A stretch of 64,000 nt of DNA from a bacterium (GTDB lineage Bacteria > Patescibacteriota > Minisyncoccia > UBA6257 > GWB1-50-10), in the NCBI GenBank assembly GCA_021815205.1, contig JAKAHD010000002.1, forward strand, positions 45,538 through 109,537. The letters run 5' to 3'. Both the position numbers and the translations under genes were made by a program. The notes below the pieces were generated by a model that was not told the origin of the DNA, made no database searches, and was given only the letters and a program-made list of their open reading frames with translations. Within the stretch, counting starts at the first letter, position 1; each line of letters starts with the position of its first letter. Of this stretch, positions 19,463 to 28,772 are shown one piece after another.

Positions 19463-20488
19463 ATGACTGTCAAGAAAGTCATCGGAATTGATCTCGGGAC
19501 CGACACCACGCAGGTGTACCTGAAGGGCACGGGCATTATTGTGAACGAGCCCTCGATTGTGGCGTTCAATAACCGTACGAACCGAATTGTCGCGGTGGGG
19601 AGCGATGCCAAGCGGATGCTCTCGCGCACGCCGAGCCACGTGACCGCCTTACACCCCATGGTGAACGGCGTGATCGGCGATTTCGACATGGCAAAGGAGA
19701 TGATGCAGCGCTTTCTAAAAATGAAACATATTCCGTGGTCGTGGTTCACGGAAACCGTGGTAAGCGTGCCGACGAATCTTACGGAAGTGGAGCGGAAGTC
19801 GGTCGAGGATCTCCTGCGGGAAGTAGGAGTGAACAAGGTGCATTTGATCGAGCAGCCGATCGCGGCGGCCTTGGGAAGCGGGCTCGATATCAATCAACCC
19901 ACCGCCTACCTCATTGTCGATATCGGGGCGGGAACGACCGACATGGCGATTATTTCCATGAACGGGGTTGTGGCGTCGCGCCGTTTGAAAATCGCAGGGG
20001 ATTATTTGAACCAGGAGATCATCAAAGGCATGAAAGAAGAGCTTAAACTTCATATCGGCGAGCCCACCGCGGAGGAGATAAAGATTGGAGTGGGGGAGGC
20101 GATACCGCAGAGCGAGCGGCTCGACCTTGTGGTCCGCGGCCGCGACGCGGGAAGCGGCCTGCCGCGCGAAGCGGTTATTAAGGATACACAGGTACGGTAC
20201 TGGCTCACGAGGCCCTTGAAGCTCATTATCGAATCCTTGAAGGAACTCATCGATATCACTCCTCCCGAGCTCGTAGGGGATGTGTATAAGAACGGAATCT
20301 ATCTTTGCGGCGGAGGAAGCCTCTTGCGCGGCGTTGAGCAGTTGTTCGAAAAGGAGATCGGCGTCGAGGTGCACCTCGTGGACGAGCCGCTCTTGTGCGT
20401 TGCGCGGGGAACCGGCCTCGTTGCCGAACACATTGATGCGTTTGCGGCGATCGTGGACACGTTCTCAAGCGCGAAGGTCGCATTATAA
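19463..20488 (+). CDS. mreB: Rod shape-determining protein MreB (paralog 2, divergent)
   Basis: IGIDLGT, NEPS.VA, GVIGDF, DIGAGTTD.A, GGGSLLRG; directly upstream of mreC. Confidence 0.92.
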   Translation: MTVKKVIGIDLGTDTTQVYLKGTGIIVNEPSIVAFNNRTNRIVAVGSDAKRMLSRTPSHVTALHPMVNGVIGDFDMAKEMMQRFLKMKHIPWSWFTETVVSVPTNLTEVERKSVEDLLREVGVNKVHLIEQPIAAALGSGLDINQPTAYLIVDIGAGTTDMAIISMNGVVASRRLKIAGDYLNQEIIKGMKEELKLHIGEPTAEEIKIGVGEAIPQSERLDLVVRGRDAGSGLPREAVIKDTQVRYWLTRPLKLIIESLKELIDITPPELVGDVYKNGIYLCGGGSLLRGVEQLFEKEIGVEVHLVDEPLLCVARGTGLVAEHIDAFAAIVDTFSSAKVAL

Positions 20489-20490
20489 AC

Positions 20491-20586
20491 CCCTCACATA
20501 ACAGAGAAGTTAAGAGGGAGATAGTTGAGCAGTATGAAAACCCAAGGTTTTAGTACAAGTCGATTGAGTCACGAGTTATGTGAGAG
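20491..20586. mobile_element. ~96-bp MITE-like element, CCC.C.CATAA family
   Basis: CTCACATAAC/GTTATGTGAG inverted repeat filling the mreB-mreC spacer. Confidence 0.6.
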
Positions 20587-21309
20587 ATGAGACCGTTTAG
20601 GAATCTCGTTGCGGGAGCGGTTGCGCTTATACTGCTTCTTATCATTCTTGTATGGCAGGATCCGATCGTGCATTTTTTTGAGAATGTACGCGTATTTTTT
20701 GCAGGTTCGGCGGACCCCTCATTCAATTATGGTTCATTTGAGTCGCTCAAGATCGAGAATGCCGCGCTCCGCACCCAGTGTGCCGCGGCCTCATCTTCCC
20801 CGCGCGCTCCGTGGTTTTCGACGAGTTCCGCGGACCGCGCGCGGTATAACCTCCGTGAAGTACAAATCTACTCCCGCTACCCGTTCAATAATGAGGCGTC
20901 GGTTTCGATTAATGCGGGCTCGGAGGATGGAATACGAGCGGGAATGCCGGTCTTAGCCGCGCCGGGGGTGTTGTTCGGGAAGGTGAAAACGGTGGAGCGG
21001 ACGCGGAGCGAAGTCGAAACGATCTTTGATCCCTCCTGGCGCAGTACGGTACTTGTGGGAGACGCCCGCACGAAGGCGGTCTTTGTCGGCGCGTCCTTCC
21101 CGTATCTTGATCTTATCCCGAAAAACGCTTCGACTACGGCGGGAGATGTCATTCTTAATGCGGATCCCGATTTTCCATTGAATCTCCTCATCGGAAACGT
21201 CGCCTCCCTTCAAGAGGGTGCGAATGCGCTCTGGCTCCAGGCAAAAGTGGATCCTTCGTTCCGATTCGATGCGCTTCGCCGGGTATTTGTCGTTCTCAAC
21301 TATCCGTAG
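20587..21309 (+). CDS. mreC: Rod shape-determining protein MreC
   Basis: LK.EN..LR, IN.GS.DGI..GM.V, L.G.V, GD.I; synteny. Confidence 0.85.
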   Translation: MRPFRNLVAGAVALILLLIILVWQDPIVHFFENVRVFFAGSADPSFNYGSFESLKIENAALRTQCAAASSSPRAPWFSTSSADRARYNLREVQIYSRYPFNNEASVSINAGSEDGIRAGMPVLAAPGVLFGKVKTVERTRSEVETIFDPSWRSTVLVGDARTKAVFVGASFPYLDLIPKNASTTAGDVILNADPDFPLNLLIGNVASLQEGANALWLQAKVDPSFRFDALRRVFVVLNYP

Positions 21310-21317
21310 TACGTTCC

Positions 21318-21800
21318 ATGGCACACAAAGTCGCCATCGCATGGGCGCTACTCACAATACTTCTCTTCAGCGAAGCGGCGCGGCTCTTCGAGATCGGGGG
21401 TATCGCTCCGAATCTTGTTATTGTCTTTTTTGCCGTGCTTTTTACGGGGACGCGGTTCGGGGGATCGTTACGCGCCGCTCCTTTTTTCGCGCTCCTCTTC
21501 TTTCTTATGGCGGCGGGCGCGCTCCTCTTTCCTTTCTGGTTTTTGGAGTTCCTCATACTCTCTTCCGTAATCGGCGTGCTCTACGGCGCGCGCAAGAAGC
21601 TCGTCGGGACGCCTTTTTTTGATCTGCTGCTTTTCTGTATCGGAGGCACGGCGCTCTTCTATGCCCTACTCGCGGTCGCAGGCACGAGTCCATTTTTTGC
21701 GGGACGCGTAACGGAAGAAGCGCTCGTGACGACCGCGTATGGAGTCGTATCCTGGCTTGTGGTACGGTATGGAGTGTATGCACGGAGACCTCAACCTTGA
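21318..21800 (+). CDS. mreD: MreD-like integral membrane protein
   Basis: Multi-TM, GI.PNL motif, lies between mreC and the PBP2 gene. Confidence 0.7.
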   Translation: MAHKVAIAWALLTILLFSEAARLFEIGGIAPNLVIVFFAVLFTGTRFGGSLRAAPFFALLFFLMAAGALLFPFWFLEFLILSSVIGVLYGARKKLVGTPFFDLLLFCIGGTALFYALLAVAGTSPFFAGRVTEEALVTTAYGVVSWLVVRYGVYARRPQP

Positions 21801-23628
21801 AGACATACTGACCGACCGCGCCGTCGAAGAAGACCTCCTCGAAGTGCCGCTCACCGACAAGGTATTTAGGCGCTTTTCCTGGATCTCGGGGATCGTGATA
21901 TTTCTTGTGCTCGCACAGATCGTGAACGTGGGAGTATTCCAGCACGGGTTCTATGTGAAGCGCGCGATCGCGAATATGAGCGATATAAAAACGGAGGTTG
22001 CGCCGCGCGGAATTATCTATGATCGTTTCGGAAATCCGCTTATCAAAAACGATCCCGCATTCGATGCGTTTCTTGTTCCGAGCGAACTGCCGAAAGACGC
22101 CGATTCGAGGAGCGCCATTATTGCGAGAGTAAGTAAGCTGCTCGGCCTACAGGAGGCGGAGGTGCGGATGAAGATCGAGAAACGGGACTGGAGTTTGCGC
22201 TCGGACCTGCTCTTGAAACACGCCATTTCGCACGATGAGATCGTTGCGCTTTCTTCCGCAGCGCTCCAGGGGATTCAGATCACCCCCTCGTTTGAGCGAG
22301 TGCCCATTATACCCTTTACGTTCGCGCATCTTTTGGGATATACAGGACTCGTGAACGAGAGCGACCTAAGGGGAAATCAGAATCTCGCCATTGACGATCA
22401 AGTAGGAAGAGCCGGACTTGAGCGCGTGTACGACACCTACCTCCGCGGAGCGGATGGGAAAACCATGATCGTAACAAATGCGCGGGGCGAGCGGCAGAAC
22501 GAACGGGTGATTGCGCAGCCGACGATAGGCGATTCCCTCGCCACCTATATTGATAAGGATATGCAGCGTTATTTTTACGACGAGCTGCAGACTAAGATTC
22601 GCGCGCTCGGAAGAAACGTTGGGGTGGGAATCGCAATGAATCCCCAGAACGGAGAAGTGCTCGCACTCTTCAGCATTCCTTCATACGATTCAAATCACGT
22701 CGCGGCGTCCCTGAACGCGCCCTTTAATCCGATGTTTAACCGCGCGGTGAGCGGGCTCTACAGCCCGGGTTCGACCGTAAAGCCGCTTGTCGCGACTGGA
22801 GCTCTGGCGGAGGGGATACTGGACCCGAACCATGAGATCTACTCCCCGGGGTATCTCGATATCCCAAATCCGTACGACCCCTCGCATCCATCCCGATTTC
22901 TGGATTGGCAGCCTCAGGGATGGGTGAATCTCTTCTCCGCACTTGCGCGTTCGAGCGATGTCTACTTCTACGAAGTGGGCGGGGGATTTGGCGATCAGCG
23001 GGGCTTGGGCATTACGCGCCTTAGAAGCTGGTGGGAGAAGTTTGGATTGAACGTAACAACAGGGATTGATCTGCCGAACGAGAATGCGGGCTTTCTCCCC
23101 GACCCGCAATGGAAAGAGCGGGTGAAGGGTGAACCGTGGCGCCTCGGCGATACCTTCAATGTTTCGATCGGGCAGGGCGATCTCGTGATTACGCCGATCG
23201 AGCTTCTTAATTATGTGAACGCGATTGCGAATGGAGGGAAATTCGTTACGCCTCGTGTTATGAAAGATATAAAAGACGCGCAAGGGAACATCGTTCTTAA
23301 GAGCGCCCCCTCGGTGCGTGCTGACATAAGTTCCGAGATAGGAAAAGTTCTTCCTCTTGTGCGGCAAGGTATGCGCGACACGGTAATGAAACCCTACGGC
23401 ACCGCGTATCTTCTGCATGATCTTCCCATCGAGGTTGCGGCGAAGACCGGTTCCGCGCAAGTCGAAAATAACGCGAAGACGAACGCATTTTTCGTTGGGT
23501 ACGCGCCGTACCAAGATCCGCAGATTGCGATCGTGATCCTTGTCGAGAATGCGAGAGAAGGGAGCTTGAACGTAGTGCCGGTAGCGCGGGATTTCTTTCT
23601 GTGGTACTATAAGAACAGAATGAAATAG
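21778..23628 (+). CDS. mrdA: Penicillin-binding protein 2 (class B transpeptidase)
   Basis: APRG.IYDR.G, PGSTVK (SxxK), S.DVYFY, KTGSAQ; start codon uncertain. Confidence 0.93.
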   Translation: MHGDLNLEDILTDRAVEEDLLEVPLTDKVFRRFSWISGIVIFLVLAQIVNVGVFQHGFYVKRAIANMSDIKTEVAPRGIIYDRFGNPLIKNDPAFDAFLVPSELPKDADSRSAIIARVSKLLGLQEAEVRMKIEKRDWSLRSDLLLKHAISHDEIVALSSAALQGIQITPSFERVPIIPFTFAHLLGYTGLVNESDLRGNQNLAIDDQVGRAGLERVYDTYLRGADGKTMIVTNARGERQNERVIAQPTIGDSLATYIDKDMQRYFYDELQTKIRALGRNVGVGIAMNPQNGEVLALFSIPSYDSNHVAASLNAPFNPMFNRAVSGLYSPGSTVKPLVATGALAEGILDPNHEIYSPGYLDIPNPYDPSHPSRFLDWQPQGWVNLFSALARSSDVYFYEVGGGFGDQRGLGITRLRSWWEKFGLNVTTGIDLPNENAGFLPDPQWKERVKGEPWRLGDTFNVSIGQGDLVITPIELLNYVNAIANGGKFVTPRVMKDIKDAQGNIVLKSAPSVRADISSEIGKVLPLVRQGMRDTVMKPYGTAYLLHDLPIEVAAKTGSAQVENNAKTNAFFVGYAPYQDPQIAIVILVENAREGSLNVVPVARDFFLWYYKNRMK

Positions 23629-23632
23629 CGTA

Positions 23633-23745
23633 GCTACGAAATACGAATTTTCTACGAATATACGAATCTCCACGTCGTTCTGATTTACCTCCGGCGGAGA
23701 AGACCCTTCGTGTTCGTATATTCATAATCAATTCGTAATTCGTAG
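23633..23745. repeat. Intergenic foldback element, TACGAA family
   Basis: GCTACGAAATACGAATT..CTACGAATATACGAA ... TTCGTATATTCATA..AATTCGTAATTCGTAG. Confidence 0.85.
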
Positions 23746-23753
23746 AGAATCAC

Positions 23754-24212
23754 ATGCAAAATTATTTAACAAAGGAACGACATGAGGAGCTTGTCGCGGA
23801 GTTAGATGATTTAAAGACGAAAGGGCGGCAGTCGGTTTCTGAGCGGCTGCGGCACGCGAAGGATCTGGGTGATCTCTCGGAGAACGCGGAGTATCAGGCG
23901 GCGCGCGAAGAGCAGTCGCTTTTGGAGCAGAAGATAGTCCAGCTCGAGTCGCTTTTGAAGTACTCGTCGATTATCGAGCACCAGCCGAAGGGAGGTACGG
24001 CGGTGCGGCTCGGATCGAAAGTGAAAGTGAAGAAGAATGGGTCGTCCGTCGAGTACACGCTCGTGGGCTCGAACGAGGCGGACCCCTTTCAGAATCTTAT
24101 CTCGAACGAGTCGCCCTTGGGGCGCGAGCTCCTTGGAAAGAATGTGGGGGATACGATACAGGTGCAGACGCCGAAAGGAACGGCAGAATATATAATCGAA
24201 GAAATTCACTGA
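23754..24212 (+). CDS. greA: Transcription elongation factor GreA
   Basis: GDLSENAEY.AAREEQ, EADP...ISNESPLG. Confidence 0.97.
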   Translation: MQNYLTKERHEELVAELDDLKTKGRQSVSERLRHAKDLGDLSENAEYQAAREEQSLLEQKIVQLESLLKYSSIIEHQPKGGTAVRLGSKVKVKKNGSSVEYTLVGSNEADPFQNLISNESPLGRELLGKNVGDTIQVQTPKGTAEYIIEEIH

Positions 24213-24214
24213 GG

Positions 24215-24321
24215 GCTACGAAATACGAATTTTGTATGAATATACGAAAATACGAGATCCTTCACTTCGTTCAGGATGACGGCTGTATTCGTATATTCGT
24301 AAGTGATTCGTATTTCGTAGC
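24215..24321. repeat. Intergenic foldback element, TACGAA family, with nested GAGATCCTTCACTTCGTTCAGGATGAC (24254-24280)
   Basis: Perfect terminal repeat GCTACGAAATACGAAT/ATTCGTATTTCGTAGC. Confidence 0.88.
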
Positions 24322-24340
24322 ATAATCTTAATAGAGTTCA

Positions 24341-25783
24341 ATGTTAGAGGACATCATGCAAGAACGGCGGGAAAAACTTTCCCGCTATACAAAAGAAGCG
24401 GATCCGTATCCGGCCCGCGTGAAGAGAACCGTAACGGCGCATGAGGCGCTTCTTCGGTTCGGCGCATTCCTAAAGGCAAACAAAACGATATGGCTTACGG
24501 GGAGAGTGATGAGTATGCGCGACCAGGGAGGGATCGTGTTTTTGCATATTGAGGATAAAAGCGGAACGATTCAAATCATCTTGAGAAAAGAAGAAACGAA
24601 AGGGTTCCGGGTGCTTCAGAAGACGCTCGACAAGGGCGACTTCCTTGAGGTTGCGGGGAAGGCGATGAAGACGAAGCGAGGGGAGAAGAGCGTGCTCGCA
24701 TCGCGGGCGCGGATTATCGCGAAGAGTCTCCGGCCCATTCCCGATTCGTGGTTCGGGCTCGAGGATGCGGAGACGCGCCTTCGGAAACGTTACCTCGATG
24801 CGATCGTGCACCCCGAAACCAGAGAACTCATGGAAAAGAAAGCGGTGTTTTGGGAGACCGTTCGGGAATTTCTGAAGCACGCATCGTTTCTGGAGGTCGA
24901 GACGCCCGTCCTGGAGCCGATTCCGGGAGGCGCCGAGGCGGAACCCTTCATCACGCACCATAACGCTTTGGACAGGAACTTCTATCTCCGCATCTCGCTT
25001 GAACTCTCATTGAAAAAGATGCTTGTCGCCGGACTTGAGCGGGTATTTGAGATTGGAAGGATTTTTAGGAACGAGGGGATCGATCGCGAGCATCTACAGG
25101 ACTACACGCAGATGGAGTGCTACATGGCGTATGCGGACTATCACGACATGATGCGGCTTACCGAAAAAATGTTCAAAGCAATCGTGAAACGAACCTGCGG
25201 GACATTCACCACCTCTCAAGGAGGAAAGAAGGTAAACTGGGGAACAAAATGGAAGAGCGTTGACTATTATGCGGCGTTCAAAAGATATAACGGCATCGAT
25301 TTGAAATCCGCGCCGGTCGAATCTCTGCGCGCTCGCGCGCGCGAGCTCGGCATCCCGCTCGATGCGTCCGTCGGGAAGGGAAAACTTATCGATCTTATAT
25401 ACAAAAAAACGGTGCGCCCGAAACTCGTGAATCCTTGTTTTCTCGTGAATCCTCCGGTTGCGATCGAGCCGCTCGCAAAACGCGTGCCGGAAGACCGGGA
25501 TCGCGTGGAGCGATTCCAGATTGTCGCCCTCGGTACGGAGCTCGGAAAAGGATTCTCGGAGTTGAACGATCCGATCGATCAGCGGGCGCGATTCGAGGAG
25601 CAAATGGCGCTTCGAGACGCGGGCGACAAGGAAGCGCAGATGCTCGACGAAGATTTTATAGAAGCATTGGAATACGGCATGCCTCCCGCCGCCGGGTTTG
25701 GCATGTCGGAGCGCTTTTTTGCGGTTTTGATGGACAAGCCCGTACGGGAGACGGTATTTTTTCCTTTGATGAGAGAACGGTGA
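24341..25783 (+). CDS. lysS: Lysine--tRNA ligase (class II)
   Basis: FLEVETP.L..GGA.A.PF.THHN, FRNEGID..H, ALEYGMPP. Confidence 0.97.
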   Translation: MLEDIMQERREKLSRYTKEADPYPARVKRTVTAHEALLRFGAFLKANKTIWLTGRVMSMRDQGGIVFLHIEDKSGTIQIILRKEETKGFRVLQKTLDKGDFLEVAGKAMKTKRGEKSVLASRARIIAKSLRPIPDSWFGLEDAETRLRKRYLDAIVHPETRELMEKKAVFWETVREFLKHASFLEVETPVLEPIPGGAEAEPFITHHNALDRNFYLRISLELSLKKMLVAGLERVFEIGRIFRNEGIDREHLQDYTQMECYMAYADYHDMMRLTEKMFKAIVKRTCGTFTTSQGGKKVNWGTKWKSVDYYAAFKRYNGIDLKSAPVESLRARARELGIPLDASVGKGKLIDLIYKKTVRPKLVNPCFLVNPPVAIEPLAKRVPEDRDRVERFQIVALGTELGKGFSELNDPIDQRARFEEQMALRDAGDKEAQMLDEDFIEALEYGMPPAAGFGMSERFFAVLMDKPVRETVFFPLMRER

Positions 25784-25786
25784 TAT

Positions 25787-25902
25787 GCTACGCAATACGA
25801 ATTTTGTAGGAATATACGAAAACGAAGAATATGCAAGCAGCGTGTTACTGAGCGGTATGTGTTGTACATTCGTATATTCGTAATTAATTCGTATTTCGTA
25901 GC
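25787..25902. repeat. Intergenic foldback element, TACGAA family
   Basis: GCTACGCAATACGAATT ... AATTCGTATTTCGTAGC. Confidence 0.85.
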
Positions 25903-25920
25903 GAATTTTTATAGAAAATT

Positions 25921-27174
25921 ATGCTTAATGTGAATCTTATACGGGAAAATCCCGAAGCGGTGAAACAGGGGATTATGAAGAAAAATGTCGACGGGAAGCT
26001 TGTCGACAAGTTTTTGAAGCTCGATGAAACGTGGCGCGCAAAAACGAAAGCCCTGGATGAACTGAAGGCGGAACAGAATGCCGTGACAAAGGAGCTTTCA
26101 CACGGCCCGAAAGAGGACTTGATCAGCAAAGCGCAACTCTTAAAGCAGCGTATCGCGGACATAGAGGCAGAGTGCGATGCCGCGGGAGCGAAACGAAAGG
26201 AACTCTTGGGCCGGATCCCGAACGTGCCATTCGAGGATGTGCCGGTTGGGAAAGACGAAACCGAGAATAAGGTGGTCCGCGAAGTCGGAAAGAAACCGAA
26301 GTTTGATTTCGAACCGAAAGAATATCTTCCGCTTGCCGAAAAGCTTGGTATCGTGAATCTCAAAAAGGCATCAGAGGTTTCGGGAAGCCGATTCGGATAT
26401 CTTGTAGGGGACGCGGCGCTCCTCGAGTTTGCGCTCGTACAGCTCGCATTCGATACGGCGCGCGAAGAGGGATTTGTTCCCGTCGTACCGCCCGTGATGA
26501 TCAAGCCCGATGTGTATGCCGGCATGGGGCGTCTTGCCGCCGACCAGAAGGAGGAGCGCTACTATCTGCCGAAGGATGAGCTGTATCTCGTAGGAAGCGC
26601 CGAACACACGGTAGGGCCGCTTCATATGCATGAAGTGTTTGAAGCGGAAGATCTGCCCCGCCGTTATATCGCGTTTTCAACGTGTTTCAGAAGGGAAGCG
26701 GGATCATATGGAAAAGACACGAAGGGGATTTTGAGGGTGCATCAATTCGACAAGGTGGAGTTATTCTCCTTCTCGCACCCAGAAAAATCGGAAGAGGAGC
26801 ATCGGTTCCTCCTTTCGCTCCAGGAGCGATTATTTCAGAAACTTGAGATTCCCTATCGCGTGGTCGCGATCTGTACGGGTGACATGGGATGGACGGATGC
26901 GCGGCAATTCGATATTGAAGCGTGGCTTCCCGGAGAAAAGGCGTATCGCGAGATCACCTCGTGTTCCAACACCACTGACTTCCAGGCGCGCGGCATCAAC
27001 GCGAAATACAAAACGAAGGACGGGAAAAAGGAATTCGTCCATATGCTGAACGCGACTGGGTTCGCGATCGGAAGAACTTTGATCGCGATCATCGAAAACA
27101 ACCAGACGAAAGAAGGGACGATCCGTGTCCCGAAGGCGCTCCAAAGATACCTCGGGAAGGAAGAGATACAGTAA
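25921..27174 (+). CDS. serS: Serine--tRNA ligase
   Basis: CFRREAGSYGKDTKG..RVHQFDKVE, EITSCSN.TDFQAR, HMLNAT. Confidence 0.98.
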   Translation: MLNVNLIRENPEAVKQGIMKKNVDGKLVDKFLKLDETWRAKTKALDELKAEQNAVTKELSHGPKEDLISKAQLLKQRIADIEAECDAAGAKRKELLGRIPNVPFEDVPVGKDETENKVVREVGKKPKFDFEPKEYLPLAEKLGIVNLKKASEVSGSRFGYLVGDAALLEFALVQLAFDTAREEGFVPVVPPVMIKPDVYAGMGRLAADQKEERYYLPKDELYLVGSAEHTVGPLHMHEVFEAEDLPRRYIAFSTCFRREAGSYGKDTKGILRVHQFDKVELFSFSHPEKSEEEHRFLLSLQERLFQKLEIPYRVVAICTGDMGWTDARQFDIEAWLPGEKAYREITSCSNTTDFQARGINAKYKTKDGKKEFVHMLNATGFAIGRTLIAIIENNQTKEGTIRVPKALQRYLGKEEIQ

Positions 27175-27244
27175 ATGAGGCAGTAGGTAGCAGAATTTTA
27201 AAACCCTGTATACCATAGTGAGATAGTAATAAAATAGAACCCAC

Positions 27245-27278
27245 ACCAAGTTATTTCGCCATGGCGAAATAACTTGGT
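27245..27278. repeat. 34-bp perfect palindrome, left flank of the PaaX/Cas2-like gene
   Basis: ACCAAGTTATTTCGCCATGGCGAAATAACTTGGT. Confidence 0.92.
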
Positions 27279-27309
27279 AGAAAATGGAACGCGCGCCAAA
27301 ATAAGGCAC

Positions 27310-27900
27310 ATGACTCAAGGACAGAAAAGAAAAATGCAATTACGGCGCGGATCCCGTGCGCATCATATTATGAAATGTGTTGCATTGGGAGGCGGTGTGC
27401 TGGTTCTATCGCTTGTTGCTCCTATGGGCGGCGCACTCCTTGTGCGAAATTTGATCCGCGTGTATTTCAGGAGGAGATCTTTTGAGAAAAAACGGTTCCT
27501 GAACGACCTCAAGAGTCTTCGGGAACGCAGTTTGGTGGAGTATCATGAGTCACGGGACGGAACGGTGAGGATTACGTTCACAAAAGCGGGAAAAGAAAAG
27601 ATGCTTGAATATCGGGTGGACGAGATGAAGCTTAAAAGGCCAGAAAAGTGGGATAAAAAATGGCGTCTCGTAATGTTTGATATTCCAAGCGATCACAAAG
27701 AAGCGAGAGATGCATTAAGAAGAAAGTTGAAGAGATTGGAATTTTATCCTATGCAGAAAAGCGTGTATCTTACCCCGTATCCATGCGAAGATGAAATAGA
27801 ATTTTTAGCCGCGCTCTTTGATGTGAGGCGATATATACTCGTGCTTTACGCAAGCGGTTTTGAGAGCGAGGAGAAATTAAAACGGCATTTTGATTTGTGA
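27310..27900 (+). CDS. PaaX-like protein: winged-helix region plus Cas2/VapD-like ferredoxin domain
   Basis: T..G then WD.KWRLVMFDIP......RD.LR..L..L.F...QKSVY..PY. Confidence 0.8.
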   Translation: MTQGQKRKMQLRRGSRAHHIMKCVALGGGVLVLSLVAPMGGALLVRNLIRVYFRRRSFEKKRFLNDLKSLRERSLVEYHESRDGTVRITFTKAGKEKMLEYRVDEMKLKRPEKWDKKWRLVMFDIPSDHKEARDALRRKLKRLEFYPMQKSVYLTPYPCEDEIEFLAALFDVRRYILVLYASGFESEEKLKRHFDL

Positions 27901-28042
27901 AGTTTTTGTAGCGCTCTATGACCCTCGTAGTCGCGTGATTGTTATGGCGGAGTAGGCCGAATGCGGCACTCACCTCACACACTTTGTCGAGTGGAGTTTC
28001 TTGAGGCGCGTCGCCGTAGCGGCCCGCCCTAAAGGTTTTGCG

Positions 28043-28084
28043 CCACACCAAGTTATTTCGCCATGGCGAAATAACTTGGTGTGG
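28043..28084. repeat. 42-bp perfect palindrome, right flank of the PaaX/Cas2-like gene
   Basis: CCACACCAAGTTATTTCGCCATGGCGAAATAACTTGGTGTGG; 38 bp identical to 27241-27278. Confidence 0.92.
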
Positions 28085-28121
28085 GCATGGAGGTAGTACA
28101 AATGTGTATAATAAAAGAGTA

Positions 28122-28769
28122 ATGAGAATTTTTAGGAAGGCATTGCTTTGGATTATCGTGCTCGTAGCCGTGGGATACGGCGCATGGTATGCCTACTCCA
28201 AGTGGTGGGGGATTGATAATGCGAAACGGGTGGGGGGCTTTATGGATACTACGGCGAAAAATATCGGCAATGCCGCCGTCACGAAGGCGGGTGAAATAGG
28301 GACCGAGGTGGCATCGAATACGGTGAAAAGCGCACGCTCCTTCGTAGGGAGCACGATCGGCAACCTGCTCTCGGGGCTCGGAAGCTCGATTGAGAATGCG
28401 GGGATAGGTCTCGGAGGAACTCCTTCGTCTCCGGCGGGATCAACTACGAACGGAAATCAAACCTACGCACAGCCGGCTCTTCCAAGCGGTTCCGCGCCCG
28501 CGCCGACCTCGAGCGCGTTCTCTGTGCCGCCGCCTCCCGCGACGGTTATGACGAAAGTGGGCGTGCCATTGAGTTTCTCGATCAACAGCGGAACAACATA
28601 CCGCGTTGAATGGGGAGATGGAAAAGTCGCCGAAGGGACGACTGCGGCGCACGAAGTTACGGTCATCAGCCATATGTGGAGTGCACAAGGCGACTATACG
28701 GTGCATATGACGATCGGAGACAACGGGTCAAAAACCATTTCGTCGTTTCCGGTACGAGCGTACCAATAG
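28122..28769 (+). CDS. Membrane-anchored protein with C-terminal PKD-like domain
   Basis: N-terminal TM; Y.VEWGDG...H.W...G.YTV. Confidence 0.75.
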   Translation: MRIFRKALLWIIVLVAVGYGAWYAYSKWWGIDNAKRVGGFMDTTAKNIGNAAVTKAGEIGTEVASNTVKSARSFVGSTIGNLLSGLGSSIENAGIGLGGTPSSPAGSTTNGNQTYAQPALPSGSAPAPTSSAFSVPPPPATVMTKVGVPLSFSINSGTTYRVEWGDGKVAEGTTAAHEVTVISHMWSAQGDYTVHMTIGDNGSKTISSFPVRAYQ

Positions 28770-28772
28770 AAG

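Noticed and set aside
22690-23673. Long antisense ORFs opposite core genes (also 3924-4649, 10764-11555, 19715-20431)
   Set aside because: Expected shadows of GC-rich codon usage on the coding strand, with no independent family signature.
27241-28084. CRISPR-Cas locus suggested by the Cas2-like domain and two identical repeats
   Set aside because: Only two repeats about 800 bp apart, no spacer array and no other cas genes.
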